DNA of 64,000 nt from Camelus ferus (Eukaryota). The DNA is taken from the NCBI RefSeq assembly GCF_009834535.1, contig NC_045698.1, positions 7,442,001 through 7,506,000 of the forward strand, given 5' to 3'. The notes below the pieces were generated by a model that was given only the letters and a program-made list of their open reading frames with translations, made no database searches and had not been told where the DNA came from. How positions within the stretch are numbered: the stretch's first letter is position 1; the number at the start of each line of letters is the position of its first letter. A program made the position numbers and the translations under genes. Of the stretch, positions 1 through 13,209 are shown piece by piece.

Positions 1-389
1 ATTCCAAGAAGGCAGGACCCAAGCCTGCCTGGGGTGCCCTCCTCCGCAGCCACCCAAGGCAAGCAAACAGCTCTTTTCATCCTGGTGAGCTCTATTGCCA
101 CTCACCAGGGGACAACAGGGTTAACAAAATGGATAAATATGCTCAGTTTTTTCTTCTCAATTTGCAAGCAATCTCTCTATATTCTGGCCATCAACCACTT
201 GTAACAGACAGCACAATGAATGTTTTTCCTATTTTTTTTCCGATTGTTTTTCTTCCCCATTGGCTTGTGTTGGTGTCGTTTTTTAAAAATGCTTTTTTCT
301 CCCCCAGAATTAAAGCTCTTTTAGTTGCTAATAAGGAAACCAACTCTGGGAAGCTTAAAGAGCAACAACAGAGGAAACTATTGGGGGCA

Positions 390-478
390 GGGGTGGGTCT
401 AGCTCAGTGGTAGTGTGGGTAGCATGCACGAGGTCCTGGGTTCAATCCCCAGTACCTCTATTGAAAAAAAAGAAACAA
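390..478 (+). mobile_element. tRNA-derived SINE (vic-1-like), short-tail type
   Basis: A box TAGCTCAGTGG, B box GGTTCAATCC, ...CCCAGTACCTC, A tail. Imperfect flanking repeat AGGAAA(C/T)TATT. Confidence 0.85.
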
Positions 479-803
479 AGGAAATTATTAGATGTGTATT
501 ATCTCAGGAGATTTGCTTTCATTTTGCCATGTCTACGCCGCCCCACCCCATAGGTTTTCCACTGGAATTTGGTTATTTGTAGAACAGCAAGAGACAAGAA
601 GTGTTTTCTGCCGAGACTTCCTGTTTGAGATCATTGGGCAGGGGTGGGGGGTAGATCAGAAGCACATTTCTTGAGTTTCTTTCCCAGGCGCCTCAACTTT
701 GGGTTACCATTTTGAATACAGCCATGAAGAAAATTAAGATGCTCAAGCCACCTGATGTGAGAGGTTCTTTTAAGGAAATGCCAGGTAAGGGTTCATTTGG
801 ATA

Positions 804-1274
804 TGTCGACTAAAACAAAAACGCACAATATAAAAGTTATGAGTTGACTTTTATTCGGGGACCTTCCTGAGAGGTAGGAAAACCTCTTCTCCCAGCCTCT
901 GGGAGACAGCCTCTCAGACAGCTCTGAGGGACTTCTCTGAAAGAGGTAAGGGGAAGAGACAGGATATATATCAATTTTTTGCTGGAAAAAACATGGAGTC
1001 AAACATCAAAAGATTACTGCTAGTCACGAAGAACAGACACCTAGAGTTCATGATTTTTGTGCTTTTCTATGTTTGGAAAGAAGCAAGAATCTGGGATCAT
1101 TGAAATTTTTCCTTGGATGCATATCTTAATCATCTAGGGGCCACTATCCAAAGCACTGAATCCTTCCTTTTATCCCCATCCTTAATTACCCTGTTGCTGG
1201 GTGATTGCAGTAGCTTATGACTTGATTCTTGTAGGACTGGAAGGGCAGGCAGGCAACATTTTTCCCCCTTTACA
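804..1274 (-). mobile_element. Complete solo ERV1-class LTR (MER41-like lineage)
   Basis: TG...CA termini, perfect 4-bp TSD GATA (800-803 and 1275-1278). On the minus strand there is a TATA-like TATATA (about 965-970) and AATAAA (about 850). Confidence 0.88.
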
Positions 1275-3149
1275 GATAAAGTGAGAAAATGCTGTAAATA
1301 TCCTAAATATCAAGACTAGGGGATTGGTCAAATAAACACTGGTATACCCAGTAACAGAGCCAAATCTAGAACTATTATGGTTGCAATCCAACAGTGGAGG
1401 AGCCGTAATCGGGAGATGGTTCTATCTGATATCACAACCGCTCTTTATCCCAAGCTACACTGCCTCTGAAAAGAAAAAAATAAAATGCATTTCTCATTCA
1501 CCTCACGTGGGCTATTCTCTCGGCAAATAGGGCAACACATTTGGAGAAGCAGCTTCTGTAGAGCAGTTTATATCATAAGGCCAATGGATACTTCATTTTA
1601 ATAATAATGAAAGTTCACACTTACTGTGTGCTAAATTCCAGACAACGTGAAATGTTTAAAATCACTCTGGCATTCAATCTACCAGGGGAGGTGGGACCCT
1701 GGTTATTTTATGGGCAGTGGGGTGGGTTCACCATTTGCTTCACCATTAGGTTCCCCTCCACTCAATTTCCCTTCTAAACAAAGTTGGGCGGTGGGGGTGG
1801 GGGTGGAAATCACTACAGGTGCACTTGGTTTTCAGTCTTTAAATCCACTGCTTGTAATTTTAAAAGATCTTCCTGTTGTAGGTGTTACAGTTAGGCGGCC
1901 TATTTGAGAAATATAACTCAAGTAGTGAATTTTAATGGCTTGAAGACAAGTTATTTAACTAAATCAACAAGTTGTTTAATCACCATACATATGTAAACTT
2001 TAAAAAGTCATAAATTAAAATAGTTCATTGAAACAGAACAAGTCATGGATAAAATACAATTTTGCAAAATGTGATTGGTTTACATTGAGAGTCTAGTCTT
2101 TGTGGAAATAGGCGTGCATTTCTAAAAGAGAAATTAATCAGCATGGGTTTGGAGTCTAACCACTCACAAACAGCTAGCTCTTCTTTGGAGCAGGGCTGTT
2201 CCCAAAGTTTATCTTTAAAGGTTAAACCATTTAGTGCTATTTGGACCCAAATTACTGAGGAAGGAAAGGAGGAAGTGGTGAACTCTTAAGACAGAGCTTG
2301 AATTTTGCTGCTAAGTGACCAGGGATGAGGACCTAGGGACTCCAGAAGAGGGTAAGTGGTGCTCCACTACAGGATTGCAGCCCCAAGCCCCCTCCCAACC
2401 CCCCAGGGGACCCTGTCACCTGCTGGCCGCTGAGGTTCTTTCTTTAATACAACACAGTGCCAGTTCTGGCTGGGAGAAAAGGAGAGCTAGCAAACCCAAC
2501 ACTGTCCTGAGCCATCGGAAAGGCAGGGGTGTGGGGGAAGGTCACTTCCATTTGTAAATCCCCTGACTTCATTGAACAGGCCTCTGGAAACACCAAAACA
2601 ACCAACAACCTTGAAAGGGGGAAATTTCCAGTGGGAATTTATGTAAATAGGACCAGTTAGAGGAAAAGGTTAAAATCAAACCATGATTTGGGGTATTTTT
2701 GCCTTCAGAGAGAAAGCCCCGGACTACAGGAGGGGCCAGTGTGCTCAGGTTCACTTCTGCTCAAGGGCTCGCTCAGGCATCCATCGTTCTTTACCAGAAG
2801 TCGCTGTTCTCTGGCCCCTGCCCTCTCAGCCCCCGGGATGCGGGCATCCCAGAGGGCCCAGAAGGCATTGGAGGCCCGGGTGGTCACCACAGTGGGTCGG
2901 CTCAACGCAGTGTAACACCTGAGGCCCAAGATCCAGAGGCCTCTGCAGTTCAAACCTCGCTCTGGCCCCCACCGCCCTCACCGGGTATTTTGGACCGTGT
3001 TCCTCACTGTGCCCCTCAGCTTGTCCGCCTAGTCCTGGGGTCTTCAAGCTTGTCCCCAGTGCCTGCGTCCACCCAGTTTTGTTCACCTTTGCACCCCGAG
3101 GACCTCTCACAGGCTGGTACCTGGTAGACACACTGTAAAGGTTGGGGGT

Positions 3150-5950
3150 GCGGCGGCGGAGAAAAGGAAAGGAGGGAGAGGGGACAGAAAGAAGTAGTGT
3201 CTCCCTCCTGGTTTCCACATCCGCCCCTGGACCGGCCACGCTTTCTGTCAAAGATGCTACATCCCTAATCCAGGCTCGGGGCGCGTCCTCACACTGCGCC
3301 TCCACGCAAAGCCTTTTCCACGAGGATTTGGCCCACAGTGCGCCCTCTTCCCAGAGGTGAGGGGCTCCCCGCAGCAGATTCTCACACGCGAACCGGGACA
3401 GACGGAGAGAGGCCCAGTTTCGGCCCGGGTGGGTTCCGGGAGCGGACCACGGCCATCGCCTGCATGTCTACTCTCTGGGTTTGGCAGCCAGCTGCAGAGT
3501 CAGCGCCCCATCGCGGCTTCACCCCGTTAATCGTCTCGGCTCCGCAGATCCAGGCACGGTGACATTGGCCAAGCGTGGGGGAGGAGGAAACCCTTCACCA
3601 CTCTGGCCTGGAGCCGTCCTTTCCCGGTCTAATGTCTACCCCGAGGCTCCTGGACACCTCCCCGGGGTCGCTTTTCTAGGAGCAACCATCAAGCCACAGT
3701 TGGCCCGGGTCTGAGTGACCTGGGGACTCTGCGTCCCGGGTTGGGACTTTCCCGTGGCAGCCCGGAGGTCCCAGTTCAGAGGGGCAGGGTCCGCAGCGTA
3801 GCCCTGGTCCAAGTCCCCTAGGTGGACACCACCTCCCATGCATCCACTTGTCCTCGTGCCCGGTGTGCCCCGAGGATCCCGGAGTCTTAAGACTGGAGTG
3901 AAGTCGGCCCCGGAGCCCAGGCTCCCTGGGGGGTGAAAAAACGGGCTCCGTGCCTCGGACGCTGAGAAACTCCCCCCACCGCAGTACAGAGGCCCGACTC
4001 CCCGCACGGCTCCGGGCCTGGGAGATTGGCTTCCCGACGCCGGAGCAGGCTCAGCCGGCGGCGTCCTCCGACCCCCACCTTCGCCCTCATCCCTGGGCCG
4101 CCGGAGGGGAGGGGGGGGCGCTCGCCGCCAGCTGAAAGGGCGTTCCGGTTCTTTAGTTACTGCTTCTGGTTCTCCAGCGCGTGCATTTCTCAGCGCCGGG
4201 GCAAAGCAGACGGATGCACTGTCCCCGCGGTGCCGAGAAGCCCCGGCTTCGCTCTTAACTTTTGCCAGGATCGGGCCCGCGGGCGCGGGACCCGGGGCGC
4301 GCGCCTCCTCCCGCGCAGCCGCCCCGCCCGCCTCCCGCCCGGTCCCTGACCGCGCCCGCCCGCGACCGCCCGCTGCGTTCGGAAAGCCCCCGCGGCTCCT
4401 CCCACCCACCTCCCCGAGGGGTTTTCTCCAGCCTCCTGTGAGTCGAGTCTTGGAGCGCAGCCGCCGGGCGCGCGTTTCCGCCGGGCTGGAGCGCGCCGAG
4501 CACTGCTTTTCTCGGGCCGCCAGGGACAAGGGGCGGTGACCTCGGTGCGCGCCCGGCGTCCCGGTCTCCCCGCCCGCTCCCCGGCCCCCGGCCCGCGCCC
4601 GGGCCGCCAGCATGGTGCTGCTGGCCGGGCCCGGGCCGGAGGGCGGCGGGGCCCGCCGCGTGTCTCCGCAGCCGCCGTCCCCACCCCGGGACGCGCAGGC
4701 CGGGGAGGACCCAGATGACTACGAGGAGTACGAGGACTTCTCAAGTCTGCCTGACACCCATAGCATCGCTTCAGACGACTCCTTCTACCCTTCTGAAAGC
4801 GAGGAGGAGTACAGCTCCGTGAGCGCGGAGAGCGTCCCGGAGGGCGTCCCGGAGGCGGCGACCCTCCTGCGCGCCGCCAGCGCCAACGACGTGGGGTTGC
4901 TGAGGGCGCTGGTGCGGCGGGGCCCCAGCGCTGAGGAAGTGCAGGAGACCGATCGCAACGGCCGGGTAAGCGGGCGTCCCTGCTGGGTCCGAGTTCCCTC
5001 CGCCCTCCTTTCTATTCCCCGCTCCACCCAGATCCCGGCTGCGTCCCGGTCCCGCGGTGACTCTGCCGCGGCCGAGAGCGCCTCTTCCTCGCTCTCTGGG
5101 CGTTTGGCGCGTGCGGAGCTTAAAGTGGCCTGCCTATCCCAGGCTGGGGTGGGCGGCACGATTGCCTTGCCGGAGGTCACAGCGCCGCGGGAGACGCCGC
5201 TCGTCCCTCGTGCTCACCTCAACCCCTTCTCGTTTCCCTCCCCCGGAGTCTTCTGAATCCCCCGGGGGCCTTCGGTGGGATCCGCGTTGGAAGCCTCTCG
5301 CCGGGTCCCTTCACCCTGGGCTCCCTCTGACCATTACCCTTCCTCGCCTGCAGGGGAAACCCCTTTTGCCTAGCGGTTCTCGGCCTTTCGCGCCGCGCCT
5401 GCACTTTCCCTTCCACGCCCGAGCGCGGAGCGGCTCCTCGGGGCCACCCGAGTTCGGAGTTTCTTCCTGGACCACCTGCTAACTCGCACCCCTCCCCCTT
5501 CCCACGCCCGGCAGCGCCTGGTGACCCGCTCCTGGTGACCGGCGTGACCTCCGGCTTGGCTGTCTGCACGGTCACCGCGGAGAGCCAGTGCCACCCCCAG
5601 AGGCAGGCGCTGGGGAGGGCAAAGGAGGGGCGGGCACACACGCGGTAGGGCAAGCGGCGTGGGGGTGGGGAGAGGCATGAGTATGGGGTATCGGGGTATC
5701 CATGAGTCACGACTAGACTCAGCCGGTGAGAAACATTGAGAGAAAGAAAGAAAAAGTTGGCTTGAGAAGGGCTGGCTCGCAGAACACCACCCACCAAAGC
5801 ACCTGGAGGGAAAAAACAAAACCAAACCAAACCGCAGAGTGACCACCGTGGCCAAGTGCCCGTGAATCTGTGCTGCGCAAAAAGTGGCCTTGGTCTCCTT
5901 TGATGTCACATTCCCCCGGTCCCGCGGGATCTGCAGCCTCTGCCTGGCAC
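3150..5950. promoter_or_regulatory. CpG island / promoter of ANKRD33B
   Basis: Very GC- and CpG-rich stretch spanning exon 1, with GC boxes (CCGCCCCGCCC about 4319-4329) and no obvious TATA box. Edges estimated by eye. Confidence 0.9.
4612..4965 (+). CDS. ANKRD33B: Ankyrin repeat domain-containing protein 33B, coding exon 1 (118 codons)
   Basis: Strong Kozak context (ccgccagcATGg). Translation [25 protein letters not shown]...[25 protein letters not shown]...[22 protein letters not shown]...QETDRNGR matches the recalled N-terminus of mammalian ANKRD33B. It ends at a canonical donor CGG|GTAAGC (phase 0). Confidence 0.95.
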
Positions 5951-7309
5951 AAATCGGGAGTGGAAGTGCTTTTGCTCGGGGAGCCCACAACTGACAGACA
6001 AGATGTGCTTTTCAGGTGTAGAGCAAAGCGATTCAGTTATACATGTATGTACACACATACATACAATGCAATTAAAAAAAAGGGAGGGGGGAAATGTCCC
6101 TTTACTTGGGAACTCGTGGGACCCTGTGCCTTTTGTTTATTTCAGAGGGCAGGGTGGTCTGTCCCTGACTGTGGTCTGGGCCTGGCTTAGGCATACAGGA
6201 GCCTGTGAATGTCACTGTCTAACTTGACGCATTATTTGAATTTGGGGATGGTTCTTTGCTTGGTGTCCTGTGTCGGGCAGTGCTGGCCCAGAGGTCGCTA
6301 AGACTACGAGAGCTAAGGTGGGTCCTCGCGGGCAGCATCACCGCGGTGGCCCTGAGACACCAAGATTGCACCTCAGTCCTCCCTCTGCCCTCGCTGGTGG
6401 CCGAGGGACCAGAGCTGATTCTTCTGCCCTGCTTTCTCTTTTACTAACGTGAATTTTCACACACATTTGTTAATATGAGATCTCCGTTTCCTGAAGCAGG
6501 TAACCGGGACTGCTTTAAAGGAAGTCCCAAAAGGATTAGGAAGAACATGGTTGGGGGAGGTCTCTCCCGCGTTCTGGGCAGCCAGGGGTCTTCAGTGGGC
6601 TGGGGAGGGGGGCAGGGCAGGGGCTGGCTGGCCCAGCCCCCACTCTGAGGCTCCCCTGAGCTCTGCTTTACTGGGTTTCCTTTAGGGGCAAAAAATAAAA
6701 ACTTGAAAACAGCTGCACTGGCGTCAACAGAGGACAACGTAAACCGTCCCCAAGGGGCACGGGTCTGACAGACTGAGTTTCTGGGCCACTTTTGAAAGCC
6801 CCTCCCTCACTCAGCACAGAGTCAGGGGAGGGTGACAGAACCGGAGGCAGGCTTTCAGCACCTCACGGCCTCAGTTTCCCCCTGGTGATGGAGGGCTGAC
6901 AGCACATACCTCCTGGGGGCAGTGAGCATGAAATGGCGTAACACACACAACACCCTGACATGGCCTTGGTTACTATGTTGTCTTGGTTTCCACTCACCTG
7001 CCTTCTCCTTGCTCAGATGGGACATCCTGCAGCTTTTTTCTTTTTTCTCTTCTGCCAGGCAAAGCTATTTTTTTCTCTGCTTTTCCCCTTGATTACAGAG
7101 TATCCCTTTGGTTTTCTGCTTTGAGCTGCCTGCTTTGCTCCCCATCAAATCATGATGGAGAAATGACACATGGTCCACCAATGGCCAGACCTCCGGCTCT
7201 TTTATCTTCTGATAGAGGGAGCCTGTCCTGAGTTCTGCGCTTGTGAGGGGGTGAGGCAAGAGTTTCTGTTCTTCCCAGTGGCTTCTCAATGCTGTTGATC
7301 AAACAGCCT

Positions 7310-7790
7310 TTCTGAAACACAGGGAAAGAATAAAGTGTCGCAGTGTCCAAATGCACAACCTGGTGGCAGATGGGGTAGTAAGTCACTGACAAGTGACTGT
7401 GTACAGGGCATGGTTAGGTACTACAGGAGACTCGAAAGTGAATCAGTCTCTCCCTGGAGAGTCTTAATCTTTTAGTTGAGGAGAGAAGAACTCAGAGTAA
7501 TAGTACCCAGTGCTTAGAGAGTAAGAGTCTGGTGCTTACAACCAGAGGCAGGAAGTGAGGGGGGCACTATAGAAATATGGAGCAAGGGGCCTGGAAGCAG
7601 GGAGCTGAGGACAATTTTGGAAGCCCAGGGAGGGGAGACTGGCAGAGGAGGTGGTGGGGGGACATTCAGTTGGAACCAAGGAGTTGGTGGCAGGTGCAGT
7701 GTGGTTGGTGTTGGTGCCGGACAACGTGGGCACTGAAGCTGGAGAGGCCGCCTGGGGCTAGCTGATGAGAGGCCACCCTGGAATAGGAAA
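7310..7790 (-). mobile_element. L2 LINE fragment (degenerate)
   Basis: Purine-rich L2-like text (ctccctggagagtcttaatcttttagttgaggagag...aagcccagggagggga). Old and diverged. Confidence 0.5.
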
Positions 7791-9026
7791 TGGAGAAACA
7801 ATCTGGTTTCAACCTGCCAATGTAGGGTTTTGGGGCTGTGCTGTGCTTCCCCAGATGATCACGTGACTCGTTCCCTCATTGCCTTCAGGTTCTGGTCTTA
7901 AGGGTATCTCCCCACAAAGGCCTATCCTCCCATCTTTAGCTAAGCCAGCAGTACTGGGATCTGGGTAAGACCATCCAGATACTCAGAGACTGAGGGCTAA
8001 AATTATGGGTAGGATGGTCATCTGACAGAACAGATGACATCTGAGTAAAGATGTAGAGAAGATAACAGGAAAAGCTCTCCAGGCAGCTGGCACAGCAAGT
8101 GCAAAGGCCCTGAGGCAGGAGCCCTTTGGATCTGGTCCATGAGGAGTAACAGTAAAAGCTTATGCAAAGCCCCAGTGCTTTTCGTGGAGGAGCAGGGTAA
8201 TTGCATTAACTCCAGAACCACAGGTGCTGCTGCCAGCAGCTTCCCAGAAGTAAAATGCCTATAAGGGCTTTTTTTTTTTTTTTTTTTTTTTTTTTCCTTT
8301 CTGGAGGTGAGGAGTGTGTTTGTTGAGCTGCCCATCTCTGGTCAGCTAAGAAGAGAGTTTGCCTTAGCTGACAGAAGTTTCATTTGGTTTGTGTAATTAA
8401 GGATCAGATGGGTTTTGTTGAAGAAACTGTGTTCTTTCCTGGCTCCTGAGATTTTGGATGTGCTCAGCACTCAGTCTCCCTTCTGAAATATTTATGGCTG
8501 TAAAAGGACTGCATAATTTAATATGCAACATGTAAATATTTGTCAAACAATTCTTCAGTAACATTCAAAACGCGCTCTGCTGTCTCTTAGGTTTCTGCTT
8601 GTTTTGTTCCCGCCAGCCTGGGGACGGTGGAAGCTGCCACAGTTCTCCTTCACTCTTCACTTCTCTCCTGAGGTTCAGCCTCCCCGCCCTGGCTGCTCTG
8701 GAGAAAGTACTGAAACCAGAGGAAGTGTCTGTGCTGTCTTCAGTGTTGCAGAACGGCAGTTTGAATGTCAGACAGCTCTTGGACCAAGTTAGGCCCAATT
8801 ATGCTAAATTTAAAATAGCGCACTCCTTTCTTGATGTGGTTCCCCTCATGCATGCTTAATTTCCAGGGCCTCTTGCTGAAATTTTTCAAAGGCCCCTCCA
8901 CCCTTTTGCTCTGTTGGCTCAGGAAAGCCCCCATCACAGACCCAGTACAGGGGTGTCTCCCTTTATTCCTGGGGGGGGGGCTTAAATGTTTCATAGATTT
9001 GTAGCAGTGATTGGGACCTTTATCTT

Positions 9027-9204
9027 AAAAAACAAATTTTTTTTATTGCCGTGTAGTAAGTTTACAATGTTGTATTAATTTCTGGTGTACAGGATAGTGA
9101 CTCAGTTATATATATATATTCCTTTTCATATTCTTTTTCATTATAGACCATTACAAGGTATTGACTATAGTTCCCTGTGCTGTACAGTAGGTCCTCGTTG
9201 TTTA
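9027..9204 (-). mobile_element. 5'-truncated L1 3' end (cetartiodactyl type)
   Basis: Poly-T followed by tttacaatgttgtattaatttctggtgtacag...ttccctgtgctgtacagtagg. Degenerate TSD gggac..ttat.tt. Confidence 0.85.
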
Positions 9205-9711
9205 GGGACTGTTATGTTGACCTGTACATGAGAAATGTTTTGTTTCTGGGTTTGGTTTTTCGAATGCCACAGAAGGATTGATACATTTTGGAATCACCTT
9301 TTCCTAAAATGAGAATCCAGTTTGGATTCACATCCAGCTCTTTGGCATCTACCAGGCCTCAGTATCCATGGGCCTGCGTGTGCTTAGAATCTGCTGGTTG
9401 GTACAGAAAGTGATTTCTGGCCTCAGGCCTGGCTTTGCTGTTTGGGGATGTACGCTAGTGTGTTAGTTGCAGATTCTGATGTGCGGGAAAGGGGATGAGA
9501 AGGGAGCATGAGCCCATGAGCCTGGGAGCCCAGGGGCCCAGAGCAGAGAAGTGAGTCAGCTGAAGGGAGCCCAGAAACCCTGGGCTTGGGGCCAGTGGGC
9601 TGACGGGCCTCGGCCTCTTCTTTCTCTGCTAACCAAGGTGGGGGCTGCTCTGGGCCCGGAAGAAGTTGAGAAGCCCATGTGTTTTGTTTTGTTTTTTAGT
9701 TTTCTGAAAGG

Positions 9712-9990
9712 ACTTAATTTTTTAAGAGCAGTTTTAGGTTCACAGCCAAATTGAGGGGAAGGTACAGAGGTTCCCATATACCACCTGCCCCCACCATGCA
9801 CACCACCAGCTACATTGTTAACACCCCCCAGGGAGGTGCCGTGGTTATACCTGATGAAGCTGCACTGACACAGCATGATTAGCCAAAGTCCCTAGATTTT
9901 CACTGGGGTTCACTCTTGGTGCTGGACATTCTGTGGGTTTGAACAAATGTATAATGATACATATCCATCATTGTAGTGTCATAAAGAGCC
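9712..9990 (-). mobile_element. Old L1 (L1MC/MD-like) 3' fragment
   Basis: tttttaagagcagttttaggttcacagccaaattgaggggaaggtacagag...gggttcactcttggtg, a typical old L1 3'UTR. Confidence 0.75.
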
Positions 9991-10429
9991 TCCCCAGTGT
10001 TCTTCATGTAAGTGTCAGTTATCTGTGGACACAGCAATGCTGTGTAACAAATAAGTGTGACATCTGATGGGTGTACATGCCAGTCACAGTTTGCTAAAGG
10101 GAGGCCCAACTCAGCCCATCTCAGCTGGGTTTGCTTTCGGCTGGGGCCAGCTTTGGTGGCAGGACCAGGGACATCTTGGCTGGGGTGGCTGGTCTCCACT
10201 CTGTGTGGTTTCTGGTTCTCTGGCAGAATGGCCTGGGCTGCTTCTCCTTGGTGGGGGGCAGGGTTCCCAGGGAGCAAGCAGAGCAAATGAGGTTTAGTGT
10301 CAGTTCTGCTCAAGCAAGTTATAAAACCGAGCCCAGATTTACCCTTAAGTGTGTGTTTGCTTTTGTTTGTAAAGGATGCTATTCACTAACCCTAAACATT
10401 TATGTTTATTTAAATTTTATTTTCATTAG

Positions 10430-10548
10430 AATCTGAAAAAAAATATACATACCTATGTATATGTATAACTGAATCACTTTGCTGTACACCTGAAACTAAC
10501 ATTGTGAATCAACTATACTTCAATAAAAAATAAAATCAAAAAATAAAA
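10430..10548 (+). mobile_element. L1 3' terminal fragment
   Basis: tataactgaatcactttgctgtacacctgaaactaac...aactatacttcaataaaaaa plus A-rich tail. Confidence 0.85.
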
Positions 10549-12675
10549 TGTATTTTTATATAAATAAATATACATAAGGACAATTTTAGCTAGGGGCCCA
10601 AGTGGAGGGTACCAGGTACCTCCATGTCCTAATCAAGAAGCATCAGACCCTGAAGGCCTGACTTAATTTGATGGAAAGGCTGCTTTTGGTGTATTTGTGT
10701 GGATGATGGTTTCAGACACCTAGACGGGCCATCATCAGGGGATTTTGAAGCTGGAATGGATCTTAGAGGATAGTGGTCCCCGTCATTTTGTAGTTGAAGA
10801 AAGTGGGGCTCAGAGAAGGGGGCATCTGGATGTGTCAGGAAAGCTGGGTTCTAGAATGACCCGGAAGCTGTTCATGGTGCTGCTTTTGACGCCAGTGGGT
10901 TTCTCCACGGGGCCCTGAGCCCCTTCCACCTTTGCCTCCTGGCTGCACATGAGAAGTGGGCTACCTAGGAATTCCGTGGGGTGGTTTTGAACATTTGATT
11001 TCTTTTCCATCCTCTGCCTGTCAAAGAAGGCTAAGGGAAGGGTGTTACACAAATCTAAAACAAGAGGGTATAGGAACTCTTTTGGAATCTCATTTATTCA
11101 TCTAATATTCATATCAGTATAACATGAGAGCTGTTTTGAATGATGCCTTCTAGTAGATATGGCTACAACATAGGAAAAGCTATAGGTGTTATTTAACTAA
11201 ATGCAAGTTGCTAAAATTCAAGCCCCCCATCAGACCTGTAGGTCAGTCACTAATGGTTAAAGGATTATTTAAATTTTCTCTTTCTTCCTGAGTCCGTTAT
11301 AGTAACGTCTGTTGTTCTAGGAAACTATTCCATTTTTTTCCTAAGTTGTAAAGGTTAATTATATGGTGTTTCTATAGAGTTCTCTTTTAAATCTCTGCTA
11401 TAATGGGATTATATCCTGTATTTCTACATTTTTGAATTTTTGCTATTTTTCTTTTGTGACATATTGTCAAAGGTATCTTATTTTATTAATCTTTTGAAAG
11501 AGTCAACTTTCATACTGCGTATAGTTCCTTCTTCACTATTTTATCAGTTTCTGCTTTTCTTTTTATTACTTTCTTCCTTCAGATTTATTCTACATGTAAC
11601 TTTCTCTAAAAGTATCACTTTTGTTTTTCTCACAAGTTTTGATATGTAATATTTTAGTACTATTGTGTTCTCATTTGCATTATGATTTCCTCTTTTTTTG
11701 ACCTAGAAGTTATTTAGAATTAAGTTTGCAATTTTTAAAATACATACATTTTTAAACTTTATTAAAATAATTTTTTAAACCTGATTCAGAGAATATGGCT
11801 TGTATGATACTTTGAAATTTCTTGAGACTAGATTTACAGCCTATTGGGCCAGTAATTCTAAATCATAACCATGTGAAATTTTATGATTTCCCCAGGTTAA
11901 GTCAAAACAGTTCCATGTGTAAAATAGTACATAATCCCTTTAATTAAAAGAAGTAAGAAATATGCAGAGAAGTTGTTAAAAATATGTGAATAAAGGAAAT
12001 ACGTTTCATTGCAGATGATTGGGAAGTAATTCTTTTAGACAGTGGTGGAATGATGGTGTGTGTGCGTGTCGTGTGTGTGTATGTGTGTGTGTGTGTTCTT
12101 CTGAGGTCAGATTTTATGATGAAGTAGGATGTTAAGAATCCTTGATGTCGGTGTGTGTGTTCAGAAAGAAGAGAGACTATTTTTAAATGATGTTCCTGAA
12201 TCTGAAAGACAGTTTAAAGTGGCATTTACTTACTTCTACTAAGTCGGAGACAGGGAAATTAAGGTAGACGTGAAATCCCGAGTGACAGTTGGCTTGGTGG
12301 CAAAATTGGATTGGAGTGGTGGGGATTTGAGCAATTTCAGAGTAACATAAAACAATGTATGCTTCTAAAGGCATATTTATGTCAGCTCTGAACATGTTCG
12401 GATCCAAAGTAGGCATGTGATGGATACAGAATCGAGCATGTTCCTCTGCTTCCGTTTCTGAGATTTAAGTGACTCCTGAACTAAAGGCCACACCTGGGGA
12501 GGGACATTCCAGCTGGGAGAGGCGTCGCAGGAGGTGCGGAGGGGAGGCCGTTGAAGAGGCAGGAGCCCTGCTCACGGGAGGTGCCCAGTCAACGGTGTTA
12601 AGTTTACAGTAGCACTTTCTCCAAGACCAGGGAAGGCACGTGAAGTTGGTTTAAAAATGAAGGAAGATGGAGGAA

Positions 12676-13075
12676 TTAAGCTGAGTGAAAAAAGTCCATC
12701 TCAAAGGATTATATGCTGTATAATTCCATTTATGTAACATTCCTGAAGTAGTGCAGTTGTGGAGATGGAGAACAGATTAGAGGTTGCCGGGGTTAGCGCT
12801 TCAGGGAGAGTGGTGGATGCTACCCTAATTGGGGCAGCCCTGCATCTAGATGGTGCTGGTGGTTACAGGGAGTTGTACGTGGGTTCAAATGGCATAGAAC
12901 CACACACATGCACACGACTGGGGACCCCTGAACAAGCCCTGTGGATTGCAATGAGGCCCATTTCATGATGCTCTTGTCCTGTATTTATGTGAGATGTTGA
13001 TGTGGAGGAGAAAGGACGAAGAGGGCAACTTCCTGTCGGTCTGTCAGTATTTCAAAATCAAAAGCTTAATAAAAA
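12676..13075 (+). mobile_element. Old L1 (L1MC/ME-like) 3' fragment
   Basis: ctgagtgaaaaaagtccatctcaaagg...attccatttatgtaacattc...gagatggagaacagattagaggttgcc. Confidence 0.7.
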
Positions 13076-13209
13076 TGAAGGAAGGCATGCATTACCTTTT
13101 ATCTGCAGCCTTACCACCACGAATAGACCGAACTTCGGAAACTAAAGCAGCGTCAGACCTGGTTAACATGGGGGAATGGGACCGACTGGAAATACTGGGG
13201 GTTTGAACC

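Noticed and set aside
3636..4613. 325-aa antisense ORF and other overlapping ORFs in the CpG island
   Set aside because: Low-complexity Arg/Gly/Pro/Ala translations with no domain. Stop codons are simply rare in GC-rich DNA.
4705..4810. Acidic tract with aromatic residues resembling a FFAT motif
   Set aside because: Neither EYEDFSS nor SFYPSES fits the EFFDAxE core well.
4966..5256. Continuation of the exon 1 ORF to 214 aa
   Set aside because: It runs through a consensus GTAAG donor. The ankyrin repeat is completed only by exon 2.
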